A DNA stretch of 63,686 nt, filler included, from an uncultured Clostridia bacterium (GTDB taxonomy: Bacteria; Aerophobota; Aerophobia; Aerophobales; B3-G15), in assembly GCA_964482715.1 (NCBI GenBank). It is 3 parts of 3 records of this genome, joined end to end, with 100 filler letters (N's around TTAATTAATTAA, not from the genome) between each part and the next. Parts side by side here need not be neighbours in the genome. Positions count along the whole stretch, not along the records: positions 23,404 to 46,621 come from CAYZYX010000030.1; positions 46,722 to 63,686 come from CAYZYX010000036.1; 1 more part is not named here. The stretch is one strand, 5' to 3'. A model generated the notes under the pieces. That model was not told the DNA's origin. It searched no databases and saw only the letters and a program-made list of their open reading frames with translations. Shown in pieces: positions 41,015 through 51,334 of the stretch. Both the position numbers and the translations under genes were made by a program. Numbering within the stretch: the stretch's first letter is position 1; the number at the start of each line of letters is the position of its first letter.

Positions 41015-41882
41015 TTATGGCCCGGGGATTACCATTAAAGTCTTTAACAATGCGGCATAAACTTAGTCTCTTCTCAGATTGTAAAAGCTGGGTAACTTTT
41101 TTATCTTGATCGTATCCTATCTCCAATAACAGCCAACCACCATTTTTTAACCAGATTAAACTTTCCGGGATTATCCTTTTATAAAAAGAAAGTCCTCCGG
41201 GACCTCCATTAAGAGCAAAGTCGGGTTCTTTTTTTACTTCAGGTGGCAGCTCTTTTAATTTTTTTCTGTCCACATAAGGAGGATTGGAGACAATAAGGTC
41301 AATTTTACCCTCCAATTTTTTTCCCTGAAGCGGGGAAAACAGATCACCCACCAAAAAGTCAATTTTTTTCTCCACTCTATTAAGTCGTGCGTTCATTTTA
41401 GCAACCTTAATTGCTTTAAAAGACAGATCTATGGTGTAAATCTTAATTGCTTGAAACTTTTTTGCTATACTGATAGCAATGTTACCAGTTCCTGTACCGA
41501 GATCGACAACTCTTAATATGGAAGCAGGAGACTTTAATTTTTTTAAGATCCTAAGGGCTTCCTCAACAAGAATTTCAGTTTCAGGTCGAGGAATGTAAAC
41601 TCCGGGTGAGACGATCAATTTAAGATCCATAAAATGCTTTTCGCCAACGATATACTCTACCGGGACTCTTCTTCCTCTTCTTTTTATTTCCTTTTCAAAT
41701 TTAGCTAAGACCTCATCTTCAACTAAAAAATCTGGCTCAAGATAAAGAGAGATACGTGACCTGCCAATAATTTTTTCAGCAATTAATTCTGCGTTTATGC
41801 GGGGACTATCAACTCCTCTTTCCTTTAAGTAAGAAACTGCCCAGTTTAAGATTTCTTTTATTTTTTTCTTCTTTTTCTCCAC
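40995..41882 (-). CDS. prmC: Release factor glutamine methyltransferase
   Basis: IPRPETE, DLGTGTG, SNPPY, EIG. Confidence 0.95.
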   Translation of the reverse strand: MEKKKKKIKEILNWAVSYLKERGVDSPRINAELIAEKIIGRSRISLYLEPDFLVEDEVLAKFEKEIKRRGRRVPVEYIVGEKHFMDLKLIVSPGVYIPRPETEILVEEALRILKKLKSPASILRVVDLGTGTGNIAISIAKKFQAIKIYTIDLSFKAIKVAKMNARLNRVEKKIDFLVGDLFSPLQGKKLEGKIDLIVSNPPYVDRKKLKELPPEVKKEPDFALNGGPGGLSFYKRIIPESLIWLKNGGWLLLEIGYDQDKKVTQLLQSEKRLSLCRIVKDFNGNPRAIIVQKTS

Positions 41883-42343
41883 TAAATTTCAGAGTAGAGA
41901 TTTGCCATTTCCATAGCAGAGATGGCAGCGTCCCATCCTCTGTTGCCAGCTTTTGTTCCAGCTCTTTCTATCGCTTGCTCCAGGGTATCAGCGGTAACTA
42001 TGCCAAATATTACCGGTATATCAGATTTTATCCCTAAACTGGCTATCCCTCTTGCTGCCTGCCCGGCGACTAATTCATAATGAGGGGTTGCTCCCCTTAA
42101 AACTACTCCCAGACAAATAATAGCGTTAAATCTCTTTTTCTTGATCATTCGTCCAGCTACTGCAGGAATTTCATAGCTTCCCGGTACCCACACTACTTCG
42201 ATATCCTCTTCTTTTGTGCCATGTCGCTTGAGGGCATCCAGAGCTCCTTCAAGCAATTTTTTAGTCACGAATTCATTATACCTTGATATTACTATTCCAA
42301 ATTTTAGACCCTCACCGCTAATTTTCCCTTTATATATTTTCAC
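41882..42343 (-). CDS. ribH: 6,7-dimethyl-8-ribityllumazine synthase
   Basis: [29 protein letters not shown]. Confidence 0.97.
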   Translation of the reverse strand: MKIYKGKISGEGLKFGIVISRYNEFVTKKLLEGALDALKRHGTKEEDIEVVWVPGSYEIPAVAGRMIKKKRFNAIICLGVVLRGATPHYELVAGQAARGIASLGIKSDIPVIFGIVTADTLEQAIERAGTKAGNRGWDAAISAMEMANLYSEI

Positions 42344-43598
42344 TTTCGTCTCCTTGGTCAGGTATAAAATTGGTGAAATTGAGCAAATGTCCTAATTTTT
42401 TCTGTTTGGCCTCCAGATAAGACCTGTTAATCTTATTGGGCTTTATTTCCAGAGGAATACGTTCCACTACTTCCAATCCGTAACCTTTCAGTCCGACGAT
42501 TTTTCGGGGATTGTTGGTTAAAAGTCTGATTTTATGTAAACCAAGATCAGCCAGGATCTGAGCGCCTATACCGTAATCTCTTAGATCGGGAGGAAAGCCT
42601 AATTTCTCATTTGCTTCTACCGTATCCATTCCCTCATCTTGCAGTTGATAGGCTCTGAGTTTATTTAAAAGCCCAATCCCTCTTCCCTCCTGGTTGAGGT
42701 AAAGCAGTACGCCATATTCCTGCTTAGAAATGAGTTTTAAGGCTGTATTTAATTGTTCTCCACAATCACAGCGGAGAGATCTGAAAACGTCTCCGGTCAA
42801 GCACTGAGAATGGACCCTGACCATGACATTTTCTTTTCCTTTGACCTCACCTTTAACCAGTGCCAGATGTACTCTATTTTCAACAAGGCTCCGATAGGCT
42901 ATAAGAGTAAAATCGCCAAAAATAGTGGGCAGAGATGTTACCACCTCTTTTTTTACCAGTTTTTCCTTCCTCCAGCGATAACTAATAAGATCAGCTACAG
43001 TGCATATCTTTAAGTTGTGAGTCCGGGCAATTTCCTGAAGTTTTGACAATCTTGCCATGTGGCCGTCATCGTCCATTATTTCACATATGACTCCTGCAGG
43101 GTAAAACCCGGCAAGTCTGGCAAGATCAACGGCAGCTTCGGTATGACCAGCCCTAACTAAAACACCACCTTCTCTGGCGATGAGAGGAAACACGTGTCCA
43201 GGTCTTGCAAGATCTTCACTTTTTGTGGCTGGATCAACCAGTGTTCTGACAGTTTGTGCACGATCATAAGCAGATATTCCGGTAGTTGTATTTTTCTTTG
43301 CGTCAACTGAAATGGTGAAAGGGGTTCCTTTAAGTGACGTGTTTTCATTAACCATTGGATAAAGGTTTAGCTCTTTAGCTCTCTGGGGAGTTATGGCAAC
43401 GCAAATGAGTCCGCGTCCATATTTAGCCATGAAATTTATAGTTTCAGGTGTTACAAGGGAAGCAATTGCAACAAAATCTCCCTCATTTTCTCTATCCTTA
43501 TCATCCACCACAATAACTATTTTCCCTTTTTTAAGATCCTCTAATACTTCTTCGATGTTACTTAATCCGTTTGAAGAACTTTTACTTGTGTTTCTCAT
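42330..43598 (-). CDS. ribBA: Bifunctional DHBP synthase / GTP cyclohydrolase II
   Basis: [41 protein letters not shown]. Confidence 0.97.
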   Translation of the reverse strand: MRNTSKSSSNGLSNIEEVLEDLKKGKIVIVVDDKDRENEGDFVAIASLVTPETINFMAKYGRGLICVAITPQRAKELNLYPMVNENTSLKGTPFTISVDAKKNTTTGISAYDRAQTVRTLVDPATKSEDLARPGHVFPLIAREGGVLVRAGHTEAAVDLARLAGFYPAGVICEIMDDDGHMARLSKLQEIARTHNLKICTVADLISYRWRKEKLVKKEVVTSLPTIFGDFTLIAYRSLVENRVHLALVKGEVKGKENVMVRVHSQCLTGDVFRSLRCDCGEQLNTALKLISKQEYGVLLYLNQEGRGIGLLNKLRAYQLQDEGMDTVEANEKLGFPPDLRDYGIGAQILADLGLHKIRLLTNNPRKIVGLKGYGLEVVERIPLEIKPNKINRSYLEAKQKKLGHLLNFTNFIPDQGDESENI

Positions 43599-43603
43599 AA
43601 TTT

Positions 43604-44236
43604 TTAGTCTATAAATTTGCCTAATTGAAAACCAGTAAATGTTCTCTTTTCTTTATCTTGAATTATCTGGTCTAAATATTTTGCTATTATGTCCACTTCC
43701 AGGTTCAATATATCCTTTTCTTTTTTATACTTCAGAGTTGTATGATCCAGAGTATAGGGAATAAGACATACTCTAAAGGTTTCATCCGATCTTTCCGCAA
43801 CGGTCAAACTAACTCCTTCCAAAGCGACTCTTCCCTGATTTACTACATATCTCATAAGATGAGATGGTGGTTTTAAAATGAAGTCCCATTGCGAAGTCTT
43901 AACTTCGACTCTTTCGAGGGCCGCTGTTGCATCTATATCGCCGGTTACGAAGTGTCCACCAAGAGGGGTAGTGGGTAGCAGTGCTCTTTCCAGATTCACC
44001 GGGTCCCGGATTTTAAGTCTATTTAGATTTGTCTTTTTTAACGTCTGAGGCATCACTTGAACGGTAAAGTATTTTTCCCTCACCTCGGTAACCGTTAGGC
44101 AAACCCCATTTAAACAAACACTATCCGAAACATTTAATGTCTCGGAAACTTTACTGGACTGGACAGTGATTTGGAAAACGGGAGAATAATCAATACTACA
44201 GACCTTGCCCACTTCCTCTACTATGCCGGTGAACAT
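43604..44236 (-). CDS. ribE: Riboflavin synthase alpha chain
   Basis: [32 protein letters not shown]. Confidence 0.96.
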   Translation of the reverse strand: MFTGIVEEVGKVCSIDYSPVFQITVQSSKVSETLNVSDSVCLNGVCLTVTEVREKYFTVQVMPQTLKKTNLNRLKIRDPVNLERALLPTTPLGGHFVTGDIDATAALERVEVKTSQWDFILKPPSHLMRYVVNQGRVALEGVSLTVAERSDETFRVCLIPYTLDHTTLKYKKEKDILNLEVDIIAKYLDQIIQDKEKRTFTGFQLGKFID

Positions 44237-44260
44237 TTTATATTTTATTTATATTTAATT

Positions 44261-45433
44261 TTATAGGAGAAGCAGTACGGGTTTTTCTAAAGCTTTTTTT
44301 ATTTCTTGGAGAAATTGAGAGCCTAAATATCCATCTACCACTCGGTGATCGCAAGAAAGGGTAAGTTCCATTATGGGGGCAATCACAATTTTTCCCTGTT
44401 CAACAACCGGTTTTTCTCTTATCTCTCCGGCTGCCAGGAGACATACCTGAGGAGGATTTATTATAGCAGAAAAGTTCTTAATTCCCATCATGCCCAGATT
44501 GGAAAGAGTAAAAGTACCCCCTTCAACATCCTCAAGGGTGAGCCTGTCTTCCGTAGCTTTTGCAACTAATTTGGAACGCTCTAAAGCTACTTCAGATAAA
44601 CTTTTTTTATGTGCATTTTTTATTACCGGAACAACAAGCCCTTGTTCCCGGGCCACTGCGAGAGCAAGGTTTACTTCCGGGAAACAGACAATTTTTCCTT
44701 CTTTATAGTGAGCATTTGTGCGAGGAAACTTACATAAAGCTCTGGCACAGGCTTTAATTAAAAAGTCAGTATAAGAGAGGCGTACTCCTTTTTCTTTTTC
44801 AACTTCCTCGAGGAGGTCACCTCTTAGTTTAACCACTTCAGAGAAATTAACCTCGGTGCTAAGATAAAAATGCGGGATTTCTCTCTTACTAAGCTGCATT
44901 CTCTCTGCCATTATCTTCTCTACACGGGTAAGTGTTACCTCCTTTTCTACGCTAATTTCTTTTATCTTTTCCTCCTTCAATTCCTCTGCGGCTCTTAAAA
45001 CGTCTTCTTTAACTATTCTCCCACCGGGTCCTGTGCCTTTTATTTTGGCAAGATCTATTCCCTTTTCTTTAGCTATCTTTTTAGCCAGAGGAGAAGCTTT
45101 GATTCTTCTTTTTTCAGAAATTTCTTCTTTTTCTGGAATAACCACAGCTTCTGTTTTTCTCTCCTCTGGTTCACCTTCGGGTATTTCCTCTTCCATAGAA
45201 TCAACGATATAGGCTATGGTTTGGGTTATAGGCACGATTTCTCCTTCTTTAGCAAGGATTTTTCTTAAAATACCTGAAGCTGTAGATTCAACCTCCATAT
45301 TGGCTTTATCAGTGGCTATTTCAAGAAGAGGTTCACCTTCTTCCACTTTATCTCCCTCTTTCTTTAGCCACTTTATTATTTCTCCCTCTTCCATGGTTTC
45401 TCCAAGTTTTGGCATTATAACTTTTTTAACCAT
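44261..45433 (-). CDS. 2-oxoacid dehydrogenase E2 (dihydrolipoamide acyltransferase), single lipoyl domain
   Basis: Lipoyl TDKA; E3-binding ASPLAKK...GTGPGGRI; catalytic DHRVVDG; promoter TTGACA-16-TAGAAT at 45474-45501. Confidence 0.94.
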   Translation of the reverse strand: MVKKVIMPKLGETMEEGEIIKWLKKEGDKVEEGEPLLEIATDKANMEVESTASGILRKILAKEGEIVPITQTIAYIVDSMEEEIPEGEPEERKTEAVVIPEKEEISEKRRIKASPLAKKIAKEKGIDLAKIKGTGPGGRIVKEDVLRAAEELKEEKIKEISVEKEVTLTRVEKIMAERMQLSKREIPHFYLSTEVNFSEVVKLRGDLLEEVEKEKGVRLSYTDFLIKACARALCKFPRTNAHYKEGKIVCFPEVNLALAVAREQGLVVPVIKNAHKKSLSEVALERSKLVAKATEDRLTLEDVEGGTFTLSNLGMMGIKNFSAIINPPQVCLLAAGEIREKPVVEQGKIVIAPIMELTLSCDHRVVDGYLGSQFLQEIKKALEKPVLLLL

Positions 45434-45640
45434 CTAATCCTCCTTTTTCTACTTTGCCCTGCCATATCTATAAATTCTAAGGAAACAAGCCTCTTTGTCA
45501 AGGAAAAGTAGTCTTTTGTGGATGAAAGGGGTTTCTCTTGTGTAAGAGCGACCCTTTCGTCAAAAAAATCTTGAGGATTCAGGCAAGACTGACCAGAAAA
45601 ATTTCTTCTGGTAAAAGGGGAAGAAGGAATTTATAATTAA

Positions 45641-45657
45641 TGCCGGGAGGGGGACTC
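45641..45657 (-). mobile_element. Putative att site: isolated tRNA 3'-end fragment (tRNA-Leu-like)
   Basis: Minus strand GAGT-CCCCC-TCCCGGC-A parses as T-loop end, T-stem 3' strand, acceptor 3' strand and discriminator; no tRNA 5' half adjacent. Confidence 0.6.
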
Positions 45658-45863
45658 TATCGAAGCCATTTTGATAGCCCTTCAAAATCCTTTCCAATTC
45701 CCTGAAAGATGCTTTGGTTCACCCTTTCCACTATCTACCCTTTTAGTTTTCTTTCCCTCTTTTTCCCAATTTTTCACTTCGTTTTACTACTATTTTACTA
45801 CACCAAATAAACCTATTTTTACCGAATATATTCGTCTTTTTTAATGAAATTTACTGAATAGAC

Positions 45864-46118
45864 CTATTTGATGAGCTTCAACCGTTTTAGGTCGTTTTCT
45901 GTCCATCCTATGTCTATCAACAACGCCTTTAATAGTTTAGGCCCATAGGTTCGGCCAGGATGGTAGTGTATCACAATACGCCTGCCGTCAGGAGCCTTCC
46001 ATGTTTGTTTGGCTCCACTTGTCTTACGTAAATCCCATCCATCTTTTTTTAGAGCAGCTATTAATTCATCGCAGGTCTTATTCTTAAGCTGATCCCAAAC
46101 ATGCGAAGAAAATTTCAT
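45864..46118 (-). CDS. hicA: HicA-family toxin (variant lacking the GSH motif)
   Basis: ELIAALKKDGW...PDGRRIVIHYHP...PKLLKALL pattern; overlaps hicB by ATGA. Confidence 0.75.
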   Translation of the reverse strand: MKFSSHVWDQLKNKTCDELIAALKKDGWDLRKTSGAKQTWKAPDGRRIVIHYHPGRTYGPKLLKALLIDIGWTENDLKRLKLIK

Positions 46119-46405
46119 CGGAGGGCTATTTGTAAGTCCTTTGACTGCGGCTTAATGCGCTTTTTGATATGCAATAGTCTCGGTTTTTCCTCTTCGATTA
46201 TACCAAGAGGAATTGGATCTCCATCCTCGATAAGCGACTCAAGGTAAAGTTTAACTGCCTCTTTTGCATTTTCAAAGGCTTCCTCTACTGTCTTGCCCGG
46301 GACATGTAATCCCTTTAAAGCAGGACAATAAGCATGATATTCGTCTTCATCAGGTTCGACAATAATACGCACTTTAAATTTAATAGGCCTACCATTAATA
46401 CCCAT
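46115..46405 (-). CDS. hicB: HicB-family antitoxin (short, no DNA-binding domain)
   Basis: YHAYCPALKG..GKTVEEAFENAKEAVKLYLE...GDPIP; promoter TTGACA-16-TACAAT at 46472-46499. Confidence 0.88.
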   Translation of the reverse strand: MGINGRPIKFKVRIIVEPDEDEYHAYCPALKGLHVPGKTVEEAFENAKEAVKLYLESLIEDGDPIPLGIIEEEKPRLLHIKKRIKPQSKDLQIALR

Positions 46406-46621
46406 TTTCCTCCCCCTTTCTCCTTTATGGGTTTCCGATTAATTAGAGAGCTTTATATTAATTACCCTTTTATTGTAGCTGTCTCCCCCTTTTTGTCAAT
46501 TCTTAAAATCCTTTCTTGGACGGTATTTTAAATCACCTTCACCCACCTTCTGTTGATTGTTCTCTCTTCTCTTTTTCCTCAAGTTGTGTCTCTTGGAAGA
46601 AAATACCCTCTATCTTTCTTA

Positions 46622-46721
46622 NNNNNNNNNNNNNNNNNNNNNNNNNNNNNNNNNNNNNNNNNNNNTTAATTAATTAANNNNNNNNNNNNNNNNNNNNNNN
46701 NNNNNNNNNNNNNNNNNNNNN
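46622..46721. other. Assembly gap with artificial six-frame-stop linker
   Basis: 44 N + TTAATTAATTAA + 44 N. Confidence 0.97.
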
Positions 46722-46927
46722 TTAAATTTAGGACCTCTTTTATGGGGCTCAAGTGCTTCTTTGAGAGAAATTAAAGCTCTGTCTTTCCAGAAATATACAG
46801 AAGACCTATCTACTCCAGCTTCTCTTGCTATAGGTTGTATTTTCTCCTCAATTTTTTTCTCAACTGGTATAGGTCTAAAACTCAAAGTCTTACCCCCCAC
46901 ACCTTTTTCTACTTTTATTATATCCAC
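46722..46927 (-). pseudogene. N-terminal helix-turn-helix fragment of a probable transposase, running into the gap
   Basis: IAREAGVDRSSVYFWK...ALEPHKRGPK is a typical transposase HTH plus RGP motif. Confidence 0.55.
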
Positions 46928-47469
46928 TTTAAACTGTATCTGCCAGGAAAAAATATAGGATAGTTATGAGAAAGAACCAGTCTACTTCACAGAAGATTGA
47001 ACCATGTCAGACTTTTTAAAGATAATCAAGAAAGTTTTTTGTGTAGAATTTCTCTTTTTCCTCCTGATACTTTCCTGAAAAATAAACTTTTAGACTATGC
47101 TAAGGGGTATCTTGATCTTTTAACTAGAGTATAAAAACATCATACTTTTTTATTCCCCCATGCGAGGATAGAAAGAGGGATAAGTGTTTGGGTCGGACCT
47201 CCTACGGGTTAGGTTAATCGGTTCATGCAATTGATATTGAAAATTGCTACTTCAAAAAGTCCTGCAAGAGAGAATAAAAGAAAGTAGAGAATGGACTGTG
47301 AGATGAAGCCTACCCTGTAAAGAGAGTAAATTTCATCAAAAAATTTAACATTAAAGAGCTAAATACTGGAAGCATCTTACAATGTTTTTTGTTTTCTGTC
47401 AAGGTGGCGCATTCCAATTTCGGAAAAAATCTTGAGACGCCTTAAGGAAAGCTTCTCTTATTGATTCAA

Positions 47470-49178
47470 CCTATTTTCGGTAATTCAAGATTTTGCTCTT
47501 TGAGAAATTATGGTGAAGTTCTTAATTTTTAGATGTCTAAATTTGACTGAAATCCTCTCCTGATGTATAAAGGGAAAATTTATTAAAGACATCAGGAGAA
47601 AAAATACAACAAATTGAGGCAGATCCTCTTCCCGTTATCTTCCAAAAGTGGGCCATAAAAAGAAGATGAAAAATTCTACTACATTAGCCCTTTCCCCAAC
47701 TGTTGCAAGAAATGGATTAAGGATCAAACAGAACTTTTCAAAAAGCACAATCCCATCAATATCTTCGATATGGAGGGAAAAGAAACTTTTTACAACACAA
47801 GATGTTACTTTAATCAGGGTAACTTAACCAGCTTTGGTGGAGCATCTTTCCTTATCTCCTCTATAGAAAAAATGGGAATAGAGGAAGACTTAGAGGATGT
47901 GTTTGACCATACAGGTTACATCTACTCAACTACCGATCTTATCTTATCAGCTATAACGGGAATAACAGTGGGAGTGGACAGGATCTACCATCTAAATGCA
48001 ATTAGAAATGATCCTGGTCTCACCAAAGCCTTAGGTCTTGATATGGATTCAACCGTTGCCATGAGTGTATGGGAAACAGGAAGGTGCTGAAGTTGGCTAC
48101 AATCCAACCAAGCGAGGTAGACCAGGCTACTCAATAAAAGCCTGCTTCATCGCCAACAATGGTGATTGTGTCAACCTCAGATTAGATGGTGGAAAATCTC
48201 GCAGCAAAACAGGTTTCAAGGAGTTCTTTGAGAATACTACTTCTCTTCTTCCTCCCAGCTACAAGGTGAGTTTCCTCAGGTTAGACAAAAGCTTTTTTGG
48301 AGAGGATACCTTCTGGTACCTGGAGGAGAAGGGTGAAAGATACGTAGCTTATGCAAAGAATACCAAGCCTTTAAGGAAGATAGCCTCCGATGGTAAATGG
48401 GAAGAGACTGAAAGAAATAGCCTTTGCCTTACCGAGATAGAGTATACGTATGGCAGCTGGAAAAAAAGAAGGATGATTATCAAAAAGAGTATCTTGCCCA
48501 ATTAAGACTATGAGAAAGATGAGAGGGATATCTTTGGAAATCCCCTTGAGCCTGCCTTTAGGGTCACCTACAGCTTCTATGTAACAAATATCTCTGACAA
48601 AGAGCTGGACAAGTTATCCTGCTACAGATTTTACAATAACAAAGCTTTTGTAGAGAACAGGATAAAAGAGCAAAAACCTGGTTTTAACCTGGATAAACTT
48701 CCTGTCCACAGAAAAGGAGGAAATGAGGTTTATACTCTTCTTGTAGCTTTAACCTACAACATTTTAAACTGGTTTAAAAGATTCCTCTTTACCAGGGAGT
48801 TTAAATCAAAGTGTATTAAATGGGTAAGAATGTATCTTTTAAATTTACCAGCCATTATCCAGAGAAAGAAAAAGCAGTATTTCATCAAGTTCTCCAGGTT
48901 TCATCCTTGCAAGGAGCTTGCAGAGTTCATCTTTAGGGAACTTGCCCGAGGAAAGATCTATTATACAGTTTAGCTATCTTCTTTTTAAAAAGAGGCATAG
49001 TTTCTCTTTCCTTATAGGGGAGTACACCAAAAATCACCTAAATTTCAGACAAAAAACAAATTTTTGAGAATAAGGAGCAAAATTGCCACCATAGCTTACA
49101 AATTGAGCTAAAATAGCAGTTAAAAAAATGCAAAAAATGAATTTTTAGTGTAAAATAGCTTAGTTTACCGAATCTGGG
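47470..49178 (+). mobile_element. Decayed IS1380-family element (~1.7 kb)
   Basis: Imperfect terminal IRs CCTATTTTCGGTAA (47470-47483) and TTACCGAATCTGGG (49165-49178; 11/14 match) enclose the transposase pseudogene. Confidence 0.7.
47770..48973 (+). pseudogene. IS1380-family DDE transposase pseudogene
   Basis: LTSFGG, DMDST, YGKQEGAEVGYNP, RLDKSF and FYNNKAFVENRIKEQK motifs; frameshift near 48060; in-frame TAA at 48503-48505 with the frame continuing to TAG 48971-48973. Confidence 0.88.
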
Positions 49179-49307
49179 ATGAACATTTTTACCTTTTATC
49201 AGAATCTCTGTCAAGCTTTTTTTACAATGTAAAATTTCTTAAACTTTACAAAAAAGATAACTCAGGTAATATAAAATTGAAAGAAAGCTTGGAAAGGTTT
49301 TTAAATC

Positions 49308-50252
49308 TTGAAGATAGGGATTCCTCGAGCTCTTTATTTTTTCAAATATGGAAAAATATGGGAGGAATTTTTTAAAGAAGCAGGTTTTGACGTAATCATC
49401 TCGCCACCAACCAACCGACAGATACTGGAAAGGGGTGTAGCTCTTAGTGTAGATGAGCTTTGTATACCTCTTAAGGTTTTTTATGGACACTGCTACTGGT
49501 TGCAAAAAAGATGCGATTTTGTCTTTATTCCCCGGTATATAAGCCTTATCAAAAAAACCTTTACCTGTCCCAAATTGCTGGTTCTACCAGACACAGCGAG
49601 ATTCACTATTCCAGATTTACCGATTTTGACCCTGTCTTTTAAAAAATCAGATGAGCCGGGGATAATTCAATTTTTCCTTATGGAATGCGTAATCTGGAAG
49701 AAAAACGGCTATTTAAATTTAAGAAAAAAAACCTTTAATCCCATTAAGATGCACCGACTTTTCAAAAAGCTCCTGCAGGTGGAAAAAGAAAAAACCTTCA
49801 AAGAACCCTCTTTCTCTCCGACATCTTTTTTGGAACCTTCAATAATGGTAATAGGCCATCCTTACAATCTTGAGGACTCTTTTGTAAATCACAATCTTTT
49901 TAAAATGCTGGAAGAGCTGGGAGTAAAAGTTGTCACCTCCAGACAAATCCCGGCAAGGACAATCCAGAAAGAATTAGATGGGCTACCTTTTATTTACTGG
50001 AGTGAGGAAAGAGAAATTGCAGGTTCGGCTTATTTTGGCTTAAAAAACTCCTCCATCGACGGTATCATACTTGTTTCCAGTTTTGGTTGTGGACCTGATT
50101 CTCTCATTGCCGAACAGATAGTGCAGGATGCCAGGCAATTTAAAAAACCCGTGATGCAGCTTTTTCTGGACGAGAACACCAGTAAGATAAATATTGAAAC
50201 AAGATTAGAAGCCTTTGTGGACATGATAAGGAAAAAAGAGAGAAAAAGATGA
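49308..50252 (+). CDS. DUF2229 / 2-hydroxyacyl-CoA dehydratase-like Fe-S subunit
   Basis: KIGIPRAL, CIPLKVFYGH, CPK, GHPYN, FGCGPD, ETRLEAFVDM. Confidence 0.85.
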   Translation: MKIGIPRALYFFKYGKIWEEFFKEAGFDVIISPPTNRQILERGVALSVDELCIPLKVFYGHCYWLQKRCDFVFIPRYISLIKKTFTCPKLLVLPDTARFTIPDLPILTLSFKKSDEPGIIQFFLMECVIWKKNGYLNLRKKTFNPIKMHRLFKKLLQVEKEKTFKEPSFSPTSFLEPSIMVIGHPYNLEDSFVNHNLFKMLEELGVKVVTSRQIPARTIQKELDGLPFIYWSEEREIAGSAYFGLKNSSIDGIILVSSFGCGPDSLIAEQIVQDARQFKKPVMQLFLDENTSKINIETRLEAFVDMIRKKERKR

Positions 50253-51334
50253 GACCTAAAATCACCTCTCCTCACATGGGTAATACCTATATTGCAGTAA
50301 AAGCTTTTCTGGAAACGGTGGGTTGTATTTACATCCCATGCCCACCTACTTCCAGAAGAACAATAGAACTCGGAGTAAAGCACAGTCCCGAGTTTGCCTG
50401 TTTTCCCTTTAAGGTTACCCTGGGAAACATGATTGAAGGTCTGGAAAGAGGAGCCGACATCATATTGATGGCAGCAGGTAAAAAGGGTCTTTGCCGACTT
50501 GCTTACTATCACATAGTTCAGGAAAAAATCTTGAAAAGCCTTGGTTTTAAATTTGAAATGGTTGGCCTTGGAGAAAACCTCTGGGAGGTCCTTTTTAAGA
50601 AACTCAAACTCTGGTCAGACAATAAGTCCAATTTCTTTAGACTCATCAAAGCTGCCAGAATCACTTTCAAAAAATTAAAGCTTATAAGGAAGGTAGAAAA
50701 TCTAACCAGACAAATACGTCCTTACGAGATCCAGAAAGGGGAAACTGAGAAAATCGCTAAAAAGGCTTTGCAGTTAGTTGAAGAGACAAGAACCTATTCT
50801 CAATTAAAAAATGTTGCAGAAAAAATAGACCGGCTTTTTGCCTCTATTCCCAGAGATTCAAAAAAGAATGTACTTAAAGTTGTATTGGTGGGAGAATTTT
50901 TTTGCTGTCTTGAACCAGTAGTCTCCCATCAAATAGAGAAAGTTTTAGGAGAAATGGGGGTTTTGGTTAGAAATAACATGAGTGCTTACAGGCTGGCCAG
51001 GGGATTTCTTTTTCCGGATCTTCAAAGATGGTGGTTAAATCAATTTGTGGCCAGAAAATATCTAAAATACAGAGGAGGCGGAGAAGAGAGAAGAAGTCTT
51101 GGCGAGACAGAAATTTATGCTCGAAAAGGTTACGATGGAGTTATCTGTCTTAAGCCCTTTATATGTCTTCCGGAAAATACTGCCGAGACCATATTTCCAT
51201 TCTTAAGTAGAAATTTAAAAATACCTATTTTAACTCTTTCTCTGGATGAAAATTTTTCCGAGGTTAACATGCTCACGAGAATAGAATCGTTTGTAGATAT
51301 GCTCAGGAGAAGTAAAAATGTTTCTCGGGATTGA
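50249..51334 (+). CDS. 2-hydroxyacyl-CoA dehydratase/reductase-like Fe-S subunit
   Basis: PHMG, SPEFACFPFKVTLG, GLCR, VGE, PFICLPE, TRIESFVDM. Confidence 0.82.
   Translation: MRPKITSPHMGNTYIAVKAFLETVGCIYIPCPPTSRRTIELGVKHSPEFACFPFKVTLGNMIEGLERGADIILMAAGKKGLCRLAYYHIVQEKILKSLGFKFEMVGLGENLWEVLFKKLKLWSDNKSNFFRLIKAARITFKKLKLIRKVENLTRQIRPYEIQKGETEKIAKKALQLVEETRTYSQLKNVAEKIDRLFASIPRDSKKNVLKVVLVGEFFCCLEPVVSHQIEKVLGEMGVLVRNNMSAYRLARGFLFPDLQRWWLNQFVARKYLKYRGGGEERRSLGETEIYARKGYDGVICLKPFICLPENTAETIFPFLSRNLKIPILTLSLDENFSEVNMLTRIESFVDMLRRSKNVSRD

Noticed and set aside
45812-45827. CCTATTTTTACCGAAT, resembling parts of both IS1380 ends
   Set aside because: Short AT-rich match; chance similarity cannot be excluded.
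46960-47460. Intergenic stretch with a GC-richer patch (47185-47230) and a hydrophobic minus-strand frame (YRVGFISQSILYFLLFSLAGLF)
   Set aside because: No riboswitch or ncRNA consensus recognised, and the frame lacks a start; at best an unassignable gene remnant.
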